Shown piece after piece: positions 12,088 through 24,416 of a DNA stretch of 64,000 bases. Made by a program: the position numbers and the translations under genes. The stretch's first letter is position 1, and every line of letters starts with the position of its first letter. The DNA is from Asterias rubens (taxonomy: Eukaryota). The notes beneath the pieces are model-generated. The model was not told the origin of the DNA. It saw nothing but the letters and a program-made list of their open reading frames with translations, and ran no database searches. Location: the NCBI RefSeq assembly GCF_902459465.1, contig NC_047075.1:7192001-7256000 (forward strand), written 5' to 3'.

Positions 12088-14990
12088 CAGGTGAGCTGTA
12101 TGTCGTATACTATTAACTCTACCTCTATGCGTATATACTAACCGGCCTCACGGCCTCCCACAGGCGGAGAGTGGTACGAGAGGCGGATGACCTGCGCACA
12201 GTATAGTTTTATGGGCGTTGTGCGAGGAAACACAAATTACGCACACAGTGTATGGGTGGATTTACGGCGTCTTTTTCGGAGTGAATAATGCGACTGCCTT
12301 GAGCAAGGCTAGTGTGTGGCAGGAGATGCTGTGTGCCCCCCCCCCCCCACCACTCCCAATGATGGCGAACTGTGTACAAACTTCCTCGGATGGCGCCCTC
12401 TTTTGAATCCTCCTCCTCCAGCCAATGTAGGGGGACCGTTCGCTCGGCCCCAGCGGCCAGTCTATAAAACAAGGCGCTGGGGACGAGCGAAGGGGACCGA
12501 GGTCCGGCATTACATAATTCCATGGGAAACCGATGCCCTTGAATGACATGTTTTCGTCATACTGTGCGATTTATAAGTGCTGTTTATTATAGTCATCTAT
12601 TTAAAAATTTATTTTTAGGGCTGTTCAGTCTTTAATTGCAAGGGAACCCTGTTTTTAGATGCTTTATAGTGACGTCATTGTCAGGCCATGGGTACAGAAT
12701 TGTTTTACACCATGTGCTGGTATTTCCTAACCATAATTTGTTAGTGCTGTCAAACTATATGCTATTACATCTGTTAGCTAATAATGGCAATTAAAACAAT
12801 CCTAACCGGCTGTTTGAACTAGTCAACATGATGGTCTTAACTTGAATAATGTACAGATACAAACTCAAGGAGAGACCACATCTTCGGTAAAAGCCCATCA
12901 CCGGTGTCCCAGGGAATTCTGTCCGCTGCAGATTCGGTCCCCCAGATTGGAAATTAACATGGGCTGTTGGAGGGTGATTCAGAAGAGGGCGCTATCAGAA
13001 GAAGTTTGCACACAGTTTGGCGTCAGATGACAGGATCTCCGGCCGGGGGACAGAATCACCGGCAGTGGCTATTGGTCTCAGACGAGACACACAAGAAAGC
13101 GCAGGGAGAAATAATAGCCCCATCAGTTATCGTTCTCCCTGGCTGGGGGACCTGAGGGAAAACTGAGACAAAAGCAGCTTGGTAGCTAAGATGATCAATC
13201 TCCTCAGTGGGTGCACAGAGAGGATCGGCCACATGCACATAAAACTTATACCAGGGAAGGGGAAATGAGCAAGCAAGCGTGATGTAGTCTAGTCTATGTT
13301 TATGGATAGCGCCCTCTACTAGCTGTGGTTGTTTGTAGTTGGCCATGGTTTTTAAAATAAATAATAGGAACGTATAGCCCGAACTTCTGACGTCACACTT
13401 CGAGGCTTGTGAACAACACCAGAGAGTGGCCTAGAGCCTCGGTCAATTCCTGTACATAATCACCTTTCACATACATTCATGAACACAGAAATTTAACATA
13501 ACAACATCACATGCAACTGTAAATAATACCATACAATATGCACGCAACATGCACGACCGAAATGGTCCTTTCTCTATGGTACAGATACGGAAAGCTTGCG
13601 TCACTGCACGTATCCTATTGGATCGTTGTATCCAACAAAACCATTGGTTTTGAAAATCAAGTACATACCTGTCTGTATCCTTGTAGATAGAGAGACAGTG
13701 GATCAGTCAAAAAGGTCTTGAACCAAGACTAGGCGCGCTGGGGGGCAATTTGGTGCGGCGAGACCGATCACCGCTGGGAACGAAACTGGTGTGCAGAATA
13801 CCATTCATTACCAACGGAACATGAAAAGGCGATGCTTGTTCGCTCGTCCCCAGCGCCATGCCTTAACCAAAGGCGCTGGGTTTGGGCAAACGTATATCAA
13901 GCACGCTCATTGGTTCGTGTAGTGTGAGGAAGAAAGCTCTGTCCAATCACACTGATAGGGCACAATAGACACTCCACGCATGATGTACTTCCTGAGCAAG
14001 AATTTACCCATGCTGATTAGCCCACCCCAGATCAATCAATCCACCATTGCTTGGGAAAGAGGTTGGATACATTGTTACCGAAAACGGCAAGGATTCTGAA
14101 AATAATGGTAAGAATTTATACATTTTATGTACTTTTTTTGTTCTGGTCTGGACCTGCGCCATGATCATTAAGAGTATAATAAGGTGTTAAGACCATTTTG
14201 GTTGCTTGATTTAGTGATTGATTCACAGCAAATGGCAAAATTACAAACGCAACAATTTAATAAAATAAATTAAAAAAGAACACCAGAAAAAACACTTGCA
14301 CAACTATCCAAGGATATCACCAAACAGTCAATAACTTAAACTAAAACAAACTATAAACGTGAAAGACAAAAGCGAATAGGATATCATTCATGAACAAGTC
14401 GCCTGTGTGGCTGGAGATTCTTTCCCGAAACGGCAAACTGATAATCTCTCATTCTCAAAATCAACCAGAGTGCGCTAGCATTCATGAGCGAGGAGGGACC
14501 ATGTCTCTTAATAATAATGAAGGCTGGTTTGCAATAATCCCCATTAGTAATGGCATTACCTGCGGACGAAAAAGTCCCCAGCCTGAGACACAGCGACGAT
14601 GATATAAACTTAATACACACATAAACAAAACTAGAAAAACATTTGGAGGGGATTTCGGAATCGCAACCGAAACAACTTTGTATTTCTCAAATTTTACTAT
14701 TTTTAGCCCCACCAAAATCCCAATGCTTCGGCGATTCCCACTTTACAGTGCAATATTTCACTATGGCTATGTAATGGTATGTCAGGTTATGAAAGTCGAG
14801 TTGACTCATTGGTATAATGGTGTGTATACTTCCGCGTTTGTTCTTTTGTATGTTCCGCCCAACATGACACTCGCACCTGTGTTACAGTTAGGCCATTGAT
14901 ATTCCACCCTTCAAGATCATGTTCAAAATTTTGCAGAATTATGCTGTACCCATCATGTGGGAATGTATACTTCATAATAAATCGGCCATT

Positions 14991-15032
14991 ATGGGACGGG
15001 GTGCAGTATCAGCATCTGTGCAGAATCTGAAG
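14991..15032 (+). CDS. Candidate first exon of the death-domain gene (MGRGAVSASVQNLK)
   Basis: ATG followed by 14 codons ending AAG|gtgatt (weak donor); phase 0 fits the next exon. Confidence 0.35.
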
Positions 15033-15412
15033 GTGATTGGTTTGCAAGGTGCCTAGTTTGCTGAGAAGTGCCGAAGTGACCGGTTACCACAGTGATGAAG
15101 TTTTGCACTTTAATCTGGTCCTTAAAAATATTAGTCCTAAATTGACGTCTGCCTATAACCAGGCTTCTATATAGACGATACTATCCATGCCTGTAACATT
15201 ACGGACTGAGAAGGGGATTGGAGTGGCCGTCCGTGGACTTTGAAAAGGTGATATGTACAGTCATTAAAAAAAAAAAAAAAAAATCGTTACATTTTTGTGC
15301 AACCTTTACACGAAATGTTTTTTTTTGTTTTTTGTAAACACTAGCTCACAGAGCTGGTGTAATTGTTTCGTCCAATCAGAAGAATCTCAAAAGAATAATT
15401 TATTAATATTGT

Positions 15413-15935
15413 TTACACTGGACACTGTTGGAAATTACTAAAAATAATTGTAAGCATAAAAACTTCCTTGGTCACGAGCAATGGAGAGCTGGGCCCAATT
15501 TCATAGAGCTGCTAAGCACGAAAATTTGTTTAGCATGAAATTTCTTCCTTTGATAAACACAGGATTACCAACCAAATTTCCATTTTGTTGCATTTCCTAG
15601 TTACTGTCTAGTATTTAGCTGCTGGTTATCTTGAAAATCACGTAGAAACTTGGTTGGGAAATCCTGTTTTTATCAAAGCAAACATTTCATGCTAAGCCAA
15701 TGTTGTGCTTAGCAGCTCTATGAAATTGGACCCTGTTGATAGTAAGAAACATTGTGATAAACGGCTCCCTCTGAAATAATGTAGTTTTTGAGAAAGAGGT
15801 AATTTATCACTCAAATAATAAATACCTCAGCTGTTATTCTGTCATTGTTCTATTTCATTATTTGATGCATAATGTTTGGACACACCAAGTGAGAGCACCG
15901 TCCTTGACAATTATTACCAAACGTGTCCAGTGGCT
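15413..15935. mobile_element. Kolobok-like MITE interrupted by a Harbinger-like MITE (15492-15732)
   Basis: The host sequence ATGGAGAGCTGTTGATAG is split at CTG, with CTG duplicated at 15489-91 and 15733-35. Confidence 0.8.
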
Positions 15936-15992
15936 AATTTGTACTTTGGAATTTCTTATTATTCTGTCAGTCTATTTTCTTATGCTACACAG

Positions 15993-16037
15993 GCGTCCAA
16001 CACCACCCAGAAAACCGTTCCGAAGCAGGAGTCAGAG
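15993..16037 (+). CDS. Death-domain gene, internal 45-nt exon (ASNTTQKTVPKQESE)
   Basis: tattttcttatgctacacag| ... GAG|gtatgt; symmetric exon, open in phase 0. Confidence 0.6.
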
Positions 16038-16130
16038 GTATGTTCCTTTAACGCGTTTAATTTTGTAAATTGGTTTTAAAAGTGGGAAAGTATCAGTGAA
16101 AACATTCGATCCACAAACAATCGGATCTTG

Positions 16131-16360
16131 GGCCATTTCCATAGAGCTGCTTAAGCACAAAATATTGCTTAAGCAAAACAATCCTTGCTTAGTAAAATCA
16201 GATTACCGGCCAAGACTCCACTTGTAATACTAAGTAAACATCAGCTAAATACCAGTCACAATCAATGTATTATGGCATGCAGTAACATGTGTAAAATAAG
16301 CAAGCTGTTTTGTGTTTTTAAAAGCAAATTTCTCGCTTAAGCAGCTCTATGAAATTGGCC
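16131..16360. mobile_element. Diverged Harbinger-like MITE related to 6607
   Basis: GGCCATTTCCATAGAGCTGCTTAAGC ... GCTTAAGCAGCTCTATGAAATTGGCC. Confidence 0.65.
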
Positions 16361-17612
16361 CCTGTCCGCAAGGGCCAACCCGTTTTGCTGTCAAAGACTA
16401 TGCCCGATTGAGCGGCTATTGCATTCTTTCTGCAATTTACACTACTTCCACATGTTCTGTGTGCTACGAATCGTCTACTTTTGGACCCAAACGCTTCCAG
16501 AGATTGATATCACAAATTAATATTTACCATAGAGGTATTCAAATGTTAATTACCAAGCAGAATGTGCTGTCACGATTTATACGACGATAGTGACATGGAG
16601 TGCTTTGTGAAACCTGGTCCAATGGTGGATTTCACAAAGAGTTGAGAGTAGTCTCGAGTTATTATTATTATTAGTATTGGTATTATTATTGTTGTTTATT
16701 AAACAACAATATTAATACCAATACTAATAACAATACTACTGATGATAACAGTTAGTGTTCTCATTATTGTTGTCTTCATTATGTCTGTCTTTGTTCTAAT
16801 TGTCTGTCCGTTCGTTCTTGTCCCCGTTTATTGTCTGTCCCCAGGCATCCCTACATAAGCCTCGGCTTCCAGATGATGCCTCCATACTCTATTTTTTTTT
16901 CTCTGCTTCATCATTAAAGACACTGGGCACTATTGGTAATTGTCAAAGATCAGCCTTCTCACTTTGTGCATCTCGACATGACTGTGTACAAAATGACAAA
17001 CCTGTGAAAATTTGAACTCAAATGGTCGTCGAAGTTGCGTGATAACAATGTAAGAAAAATTAACTTTTTACTGTTCATAAACAAAGGTTTATACACACCC
17101 ATGTGACGCGCTCTCCAACAAGAGGTATTTATGAATCTACACTTACATACCGGCGAACAAATCTCCCTACTTCGGTGCAGCAGCATATTCTGTGTCCCCC
17201 CCCCCACCCACCATTTGACGATCTGTTTACAAGCTTTTTCTGATAGCACCCTCTTTTCTCAGACATGCCAACAAACTTTGCTCAGTCAAGTATAGAACCA
17301 AATTCCTTCTCTATTAAACCACAGTTGAATTTGTACTGCTAATTTTTTAAGTATATTTTTTTTTATCACTTCCCTTATTTTAATGCTTTTATTTTGTAAA
17401 TTATTGTTGTTTATTATCTTTTAAACGCAATTCAGCCCTTGGGCTGCGATGTTTGAATTTTTAACAAATATTATTAATAATAATTTGTTGATCTTATTCT
17501 TTCGGCCCAAGTCAATATCCCATTATGGGGACAGATTTCCCTGGAAAAATGGCTCTACCACACCCCTTTTAAACACGATATTCTGGTTTTGTTTTCACTT
17601 CCTGCACAACAG

Positions 17613-17898
17613 ACATCTTCAGATATGCCACCAATTAATGAGGTGACCCTGCGTAAATTGGCGGAAAACCTTCCGAACTGGGAACAAGTTGCATCTTATC
17701 TGAAAATTACAAATATTAGAGTTGGTCGACTGAAGGCGGAATGTCCCGGTAATATTGACGAGCAGATATTCCAGATGCTGCATATTTGGTATAGGCGCTT
17801 TAACCTGGCCGCAAACAGGCATCAAATGGGAGAAGAGTTAATTGACGCACTGAAACAAGTCGATGGGACGGAAGATCTGATCGCATGTTATCTATCAG
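17613..17898 (+). CDS. Death-domain exon (…TLRKLAENLPNWEQVASYLKI…EQIFQMLHIWYRRF…ELIDALKQV…)
   Basis: Pyrimidine-rich acceptor ...cctgcacaacag| and donor TCA G|gtaaat, phase 0-1. The residue pattern W-x2-V-A-x2-L ... EQ-x2-QML-x2-W ... L-x2-AL is typical of death domains. Confidence 0.8.
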
Positions 17899-18682
17899 GT
17901 AAATTAAACAATAAACTGAAGTTAGTTTGTCATTTTAATGTGCATGGACTTTTGACCTCCTGTCTGGAAATGAGCGGAAGAGACAGAGGGATGCACCCGG
18001 TGCAGTGATCTGCATAAGTTTGGGCACAAGTTGAGTTAGGTCGCTTTTATAGAGTGTAGGCTACACGACAAAGCAAAAACAACTAAAGAGCTAAATAAGA
18101 CGAGAGCTCAAGTCTGTGTCACTTGAAACACATTGTTTCGGGAACACATACCTGTTTCCTTCCTAAATTGACTGCAAAACAATTACAAAAGTAAAACTAG
18201 AACAATATACAAAAATTCCATTTACTTCAGCAACTTTATAAAGTCACAAGAGTAGTATGAGAGGCGTATCTGACCTCCTTTTTCTGAGAAGGGTCATGAC
18301 CCTCCGTCATGAGGGTCTTCGATCCACTCTAGCAGACTTTGGACCGGGTTGCTCGAGTGATGTGTAAGGGTTGTACTTATCTAAGAAAAAAAACTGTTTT
18401 GTTTTATATTAATAAGGACAAATGTTTGTTTGTTTATTTGTTTGCCTGTTTGTTTGTTTGGTTTTTGTTTTTTTGTTCTTGATTTGTTTTTAATTTGTAT
18501 AAACTAGCATGGTGAGATAAAGGAAATTAAAAAGATATTTCTCGATGCAAACAACCGTCGTTAGTAACACATTCCTTTAGTCGACAGATTTCAGTGCTAA
18601 GTGTCGGGCAAAACAAAATTTACATGATTTCATTTCAAAAGAAAAATTAATAATGTTGAATTTGAACGTAAATATAATTGTA

Positions 18683-18858
18683 CTGTGGCTGGTCAAGATA
18701 CTGGTAATTAATTCCCTTTGGGCTGTGGCTGGTCAAGATACTGGTCATTAATTCCCTTTGGGCTGTGGCTGGTCAAGATACTGGTCATTAATTCCCTTTA
18801 AAACATGGTAACGTTTCAAGATACTGGTCATTAATTCCTTTTAAAACCTGGTAACGTT
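18683..18858. repeat. 40-bp tandem repeat (about 3 copies) plus an overlapping 42-bp duplication
   Basis: CTGTGGCTGGTCAAGATACTGG occurs at 18683, 18723 and 18763. Confidence 0.9.
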
Positions 18859-18879
18859 TTTGTTTGTCTTTCCTATTAG

Positions 18880-18893
18880 GAAACATGAAGTAA
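18880..18893 (+). CDS. Death-domain gene, terminal coding exon (G-N-M-K-stop)
   Basis: tttgtttgtctttcctattag|GA AAC ATG AAG TAA; phase 1 matches the preceding donor. Confidence 0.6.
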
Positions 18894-19049
18894 CGCCAAA
18901 TTTGAGAAACCACGAGACTTGCGTTGAGATCAAGATTCAATTTAAGGAGACGCAAGTTATTCTCATCACACTGACCTAGTAACTGATTGTCAAACTTTAA
19001 ACATTATTATTGCTTCATTTACTCAGATTTGTCATAGACTTTATCACAA

Positions 19050-19190
19050 TAATTACTCGGTACGCGCGCGTTATGCGAAGAACGAGGTGCATGCTGGTCT
19101 AGCTAGTAATCAAGTTTGATCGCTAGCTAGACCAGCATGCACCTCATTCAACAGTAAGCGCGTGCGCAATAGGTACTTTGCGAAAAGTTT
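19050..19190. mobile_element. Short hairpin element with a perfect 23-bp stem (19084-19106 and 19123-19145)
   Basis: GAGGTGCATGCTGGTCTAGCTAG pairs with CTAGCTAGACCAGCATGCACCTC; related sequence lies near 54870-54975. Confidence 0.6.
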
Positions 19191-19340
19191 CTTTTGTTGC
19201 ATTTATTTTTTTTTCATAATGGGAACAGACTCAGGTTCTCCTATCAACGCGGCAAATCTATTTACAGCGGGAAATGAAGTATCGTCACAATATTAATTAA
19301 GTAGTATTTGAAACTGTTCATGATTGAAGTATAACTAAGT

Positions 19341-19646
19341 GAGGTTTGTGGTAGCACCATGTGTAAATCTCCGGTAGTGTTTGTTCTTAAAGGAACCGGT
19401 GTTTGACAACTCTACGTTTCGATCAGTATGCCCTGACCGTCTTCAAGAGCTGTACTCGGTTGCTTAAGTAGCTAAGCCTAACTACCAGTTAACCTCCAAG
19501 GCAATGACAGCATCCTGCAACAGAGTCCAGCATTCTCCTGAAGACGATCAGAGAACACTGATCAAAACGTTGAATCGTTAACCATCGGTTCTTTACAGAA
19601 CCGCCACTACTCAAAAGAGATTTTCACATGGTGTTACCACAAACCT
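19341..19646. mobile_element. Palindromic element with Penelope-like terminal motifs; second full copy at 49565-49897
   Basis: Inverted arms of about 120 bp (GAGGTTTGTGGTAGCACCATGTG... and ...CACATGGTGTTACCACAAACCT), each carrying (C/T)TGAAGA-hairpin-(G/A)AAAC. Confidence 0.55.
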
Positions 19647-21084
19647 GTCTATATTATACTTCGCTACACAGTATTGGAGAAGTTCGAATTTTGACCAACT
19701 CTTGGCGACTTCCAGCAACCTACAAGTAGCCATAGACTTTTTTTTTTTAAATACTTCATCAAAAATAATTACAGAAAATGTGAGAAAGGGGGGTTAATCC
19801 TATAGTTTTGTTGTCTATTGGGAAACCTCATTAATTAGAGGTACTGGAGACCATCGGTAAATTGTCAAAGATCAGTTTTCGCACTTGGTGCATCCCAACA
19901 AGCATTATAACAAATCTGTGAAAATTTGAGCTCAATATTGATCATCGAAGTTGCAAGAAATTAACGCAATTAAAGAAAAATACCCTTGTTGCATAAATTA
20001 ATTAATTGTGGACTTTCGAAGTCTTCCTGAAGTCTTCCCAGATTCAAATATTATTTTAGTGAGAAATTCTATCGTTCTCAAAAACTATGTTACTTCAGAG
20101 AGAGTCGTTCTCATTGTCTAATATACTATCAACTCTCCATTGCTCGTTACCAAGTAAGGTTGTACAGCAAACGTGTCCAGTGTCTTTGAATGTTGCTTTA
20201 TTTAGACCAATATTATTAGTAATAAATACTTGGTTTGATACGTGCGGTGTGGGACTTAATAATAGCACCTTTGTAATTAAACTGGGAACTTGATAAAGAC
20301 ATTCTCGTGATCTGTCAAAACAGTCACTAATGTATTAAATCTGGGAAAAATTACACTGTGTACTTTAAGCTATTTTTGTCTTGTCTGTCATCTTTGATGA
20401 ATAATTAGATCTATATTTACTTTTGGTATGAAAACAAAAAATAAAATAAAAATATATTGATTACAAACAACAGTCACTAAACACCTGTCAGTTTTTGTAG
20501 ACTTTTTTTCAAAATAATAAGTCTTGCTTTTCTGTTCAAATTATACTGTTCAGTCATAATATTGCTATGCAATAATGCTGAGCGATTTTTTTCTGTCCAG
20601 GTGGTGTTTTGGTGGTGAACTGTGTTTGACCCCCAAAATTATGCTAATTTTGTAGATTGATTTAATTTACAAATTGTTATACAAATTTACATGAAATTTG
20701 CATAGGCCTACGGAGTTTCAAATCATACCGACTTATAGTGATGATGTAGTTTCAGCTTGTAGTGTTTAGTATTAGATTGTTACCAGAATAAATGCTTTTA
20801 GAAAAGAATGTCTTGCAATGTATGAGTGAGGTTTTTTTTACTGGAAAGAGAATAATATTGTTATTTTAGAAACAGTGCTTGATAGAGGGCGCCCCTTAAG
20901 TTGTGCCTCGGCTGTGTATTGAATTTGCCTTAACCAAACACGCTGGGATAGGCAAACTTATCCGTTCGTTGGTTAAGGCAAGGCGCTGATCAGTCCCATC
21001 ATGCATCACACTCACACTGCATGCATGACGTACTTCCTGAACAAGAATCTGTGCAAGCTGATTAGCCCCTCCCAGCGGTGGTGT

Positions 21085-24000
21085 TCACTACAGCCATGTG
21101 GTTGCCTTTTACTTTCGTCTCATAGCTATAGCGACCTCTAGGCAGCTGGACGGCTTTTTTGTCTCTGTCAAATTTTATTCTTGCCAAATCTCTCCATTCT
21201 CCATAATAATTGATATTCCTGACTGCAAGATCAACATAGACCTTCCTAACAACTTGGCGAGTCTTCTCAATAACTATGAACTCTCCCACGAGTAAGTGAC
21301 TATATTTTTGAACTGCTTTCATAATTTTGTGGAACTGCAGGCATCTCTCTACCGTTAACCAGTAGTGATATAATCTAAGCAATGATGACGTCAGTCCTGA
21401 AATACTCTGCCAAAAGTCTCACTGACATAGGAAGCAAATTGCCAAAAACCAACCTACCGCAACGAACGTGGGATATTCTGAGAGCTAATAACATAGCACA
21501 AATTAATAAGCGAGGTTGCAGAGGAGGATCTACAACACTTCGTCATATTCCAGTAGTAATGTCGCAAAGGTCCACCATTTTGAAATCTACACAAAGGAGA
21601 GGAATTGGGAACCTCATTAACATAACAACTGAGCAACCGAGGTACCATTATCAGCTACCAACTACCTTGTTATGTAATCCTCGTTCCCTCAATAACAAAG
21701 TTGATGAACTGAGCCTGATTTTGAACAATAACAAAGTGGACATTGGAGCTATCACGGAGACGTGGTTTTCACCAGACCAACCTGTGGATCAATTTAGTAT
21801 CCATGGCTACAACATTTTTTTCGCGTCCAAGAAAAGAGCGACGAGGAGGGGGTGTAGCTCTTTACACCAAAGAATGCTTGAATGTCACCTTACTTGATAA
21901 CATAGAGGTTCCTGATGACATCGAAGCAATCTGGGTTAATGTTCGGCCTCCACGCTTACCACGTTCAATTTCAAACATTGTGATTGGAACTGTTTACTAC
22001 CCTCCCAAAAGCATTATTGCTCAACCTCTGCTTGATCACATCAGTTCCACTGTTGATCAAATTCTCACACGGCAGCCTGATTCCGGCATTATTGTCATGG
22101 GTGATTTTAACCGGCTAGAACTGGACCCTCTTTTGTCAAATAACTTTATTCAAATTGTGGACAAGCCAACTCGTGAAGATGCCATTTTAGACAAGATCAT
22201 CACCAACCTATCATCATTCTACAATCCTGTAGAAATCAGCTCCCCTCTTGGTCTTAGTGATCACCGCTGTGTCATTGTCAGACCTAAAAGCCCCATCCGC
22301 AATACCAACACCAGCAAGACTCGAGTGGTACGGCCCATGAAGGACAGCGACGTGCGAGAATGTGGTTCATGGTTGAGTGACCATGATTGGTTGGAAGTAA
22401 TCAGCACGCATGACGTCACTGCAAAATGCACGGAGTTCTACGAAACCCTCAACGGTGTGCTAGACACTTACTTTCCGAAGAAATCAGTCAAAAAACACCC
22501 CACTGACAAACCATGGCTGACACCCTACATCAAATCACTCGTTGTCAAGCGTCAGCGCGCTTTCCATGGCAACCAACAATCGCTGTGGAGGTATTTCAGG
22601 AACAAGATCAATCGTGAAATCAAACTGGCCAAGAAAACACACTACACAACCAAGGTCGAGCGACTCAAGAAATCTAATCCGAGTTCATGGTTTCGTGAAG
22701 TTTGACTTATTACAACAGGCACGAGCACAAATCGCAACATCCATGTGCAGAATATTGACCCCACAGCTCACAAGGACATAGCGTCTGCTATTTGTGAAAA
22801 GTTCGCTGCAGTCGGTAACGACCTTGACCCCTTGGATACATCCTTACTGCCAGCCTACCTTCCAGCCAAACCAATCCCTCCTGTCCAACCTTGGGGGGTG
22901 CTCAAACAACTTCAGAGAATAAGCAGCACAAAGGCGAGTGGCCCCGATAATATTTCGGCTAGATTTATACGACAGTATTCTTATGAACTTTCTAAGCCAT
23001 TGACTCACATTATCAACGCCTCGTTTGCACAGCTTATCGTCCCAGCACAATGGAAGAGGGCAATTGTCGTCCCTGTGCCCAAAACTTCACCAGCCAACAT
23101 AGACAATTTGCGACATTTTTTCTTCACACACTCCATGCTAATGCTGAACTACCCAAATCTATATCGTCCATTCTTATCACTGACTTTTCTAAGGCTTTTG
23201 ATCACATCGGCCACACAATTGCAGTTTCCAAGCTCCTCAAGTTGGGAGTTCCACCACATTTAGCCGCATGGATCGGTGATTTCATCTCTAATCGTGAACA
23301 GTGCGTGAGATACCTCGATTGCTTTTCGGAATGGACCCATACTAATGCAGGTGTCCCACAAGGCACTAAGCTCGGTGCCATTATCTTCCTGGCAATCATC
23401 AATGACGCCGGTTCCAAAGAGAACAATGCAAGTATAAAACACTTCAAATATGTTGATGACATGACTGTCATTGAAACCCGTGATGCCAGTGTTGGATCCA
23501 ACCTCCCATCTGCAATAACTGATCTGGATGTTTGGTCGTCGGACAACAAAATGCAACTCAACGTGAAAACCAACCAGATCCCCTCTCATTGACTCTAAAT
23601 GACAAAACTATTACACAATGTGCAGTTATTAAGCTTTTAGGTGTTTTTATTCAAGCCGACTTAAGGTGGGACACGCATGTAGGCTCAATGATCAAGCGTG
23701 CAAATTCCCGCCTTTTCATGCTTCGTAAATTGAAGTATCATTACCTAAGCATATATGATCTTGTTGCTATACATACCTCCTTTGTGCGGCCAATTTTGGA
23801 GTACGCTGCACCCGCCTGGTCAGGTGCTTTGTCAAGTAAGCAGTGCTATGATCTGGAAAGGGTGCAAAAGCGCGCATGCAGAATTATTCTTGGCAATGAC
23901 TACGTGCGCTACTCAGACGCTCTACAATTGTGCAGTATTGAAACACTGGTATGCCGTCGTAACCACTTGTGCCAATCTTTTGCCAAAACTCTCCCTTCAT

Positions 24001-24416
24001 CAGTCCTAAAGCGCCTCTTGCCACAGAGGTATGATAGTGGGTACCAACTTAGGAACTCCGGACTTCTGGGTCAGTTTAAATGCCGAACAGAGCGCTATAG
24101 AAAGAGCTCTCTCCCTCGCCTCACACGCCTTTTTAACAACTGAATTGCAATAGAATGCAGCTTTTTATGCGCCCTTTGACTGTGCCAGCAATATTTTTTG
24201 TCCAGGTTTTTTTCCCCGCAACTTTCAGAACAATTTATTTTATACATTGTAAATATTTGTCTCTCCTTAATCAATTATTTCTTAAATAATGTGAAATAGT
24301 GTGTTTTTTTTCTTATTTTTTAATCTCTGTATATTTTCCTGTAATTCGACCTCCGGTCGCCATGGGAATTTGTTTTTAAAATAATAAACCAATTATGAAT
24401 GAATGAATGAATGAAT
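21085..24416 (+). mobile_element. Decayed CR1/L2-group non-LTR retrotransposon (APE endonuclease + reverse transcriptase)
   Basis: ORF pieces at 21382-24143 carry CNPRSLNNK and AITETWF (APE), IVMGDFN, LDKIITN, SDH, TDFSKAFD, GVPQGTKLG and YVDD (RT). AATAAA at 24383 and an (ATGA)n tail at 24395-24416. Frameshifts near 21830, 23100 and 23580 and a stop at 22703. The 5' end is approximate. Confidence 0.92.

Noticed and set aside
14384-14975. Overlapping 60-80 aa ORFs on both strands
   Set aside because: No recognisable domain and no consistent splice signals linking them to a gene.
19084-19145. Perfect 23-bp hairpin as a microRNA precursor
   Set aside because: It is the centre of a larger imperfect palindrome with a related copy near 54900, so a MITE is more parsimonious. 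No expression data are available.
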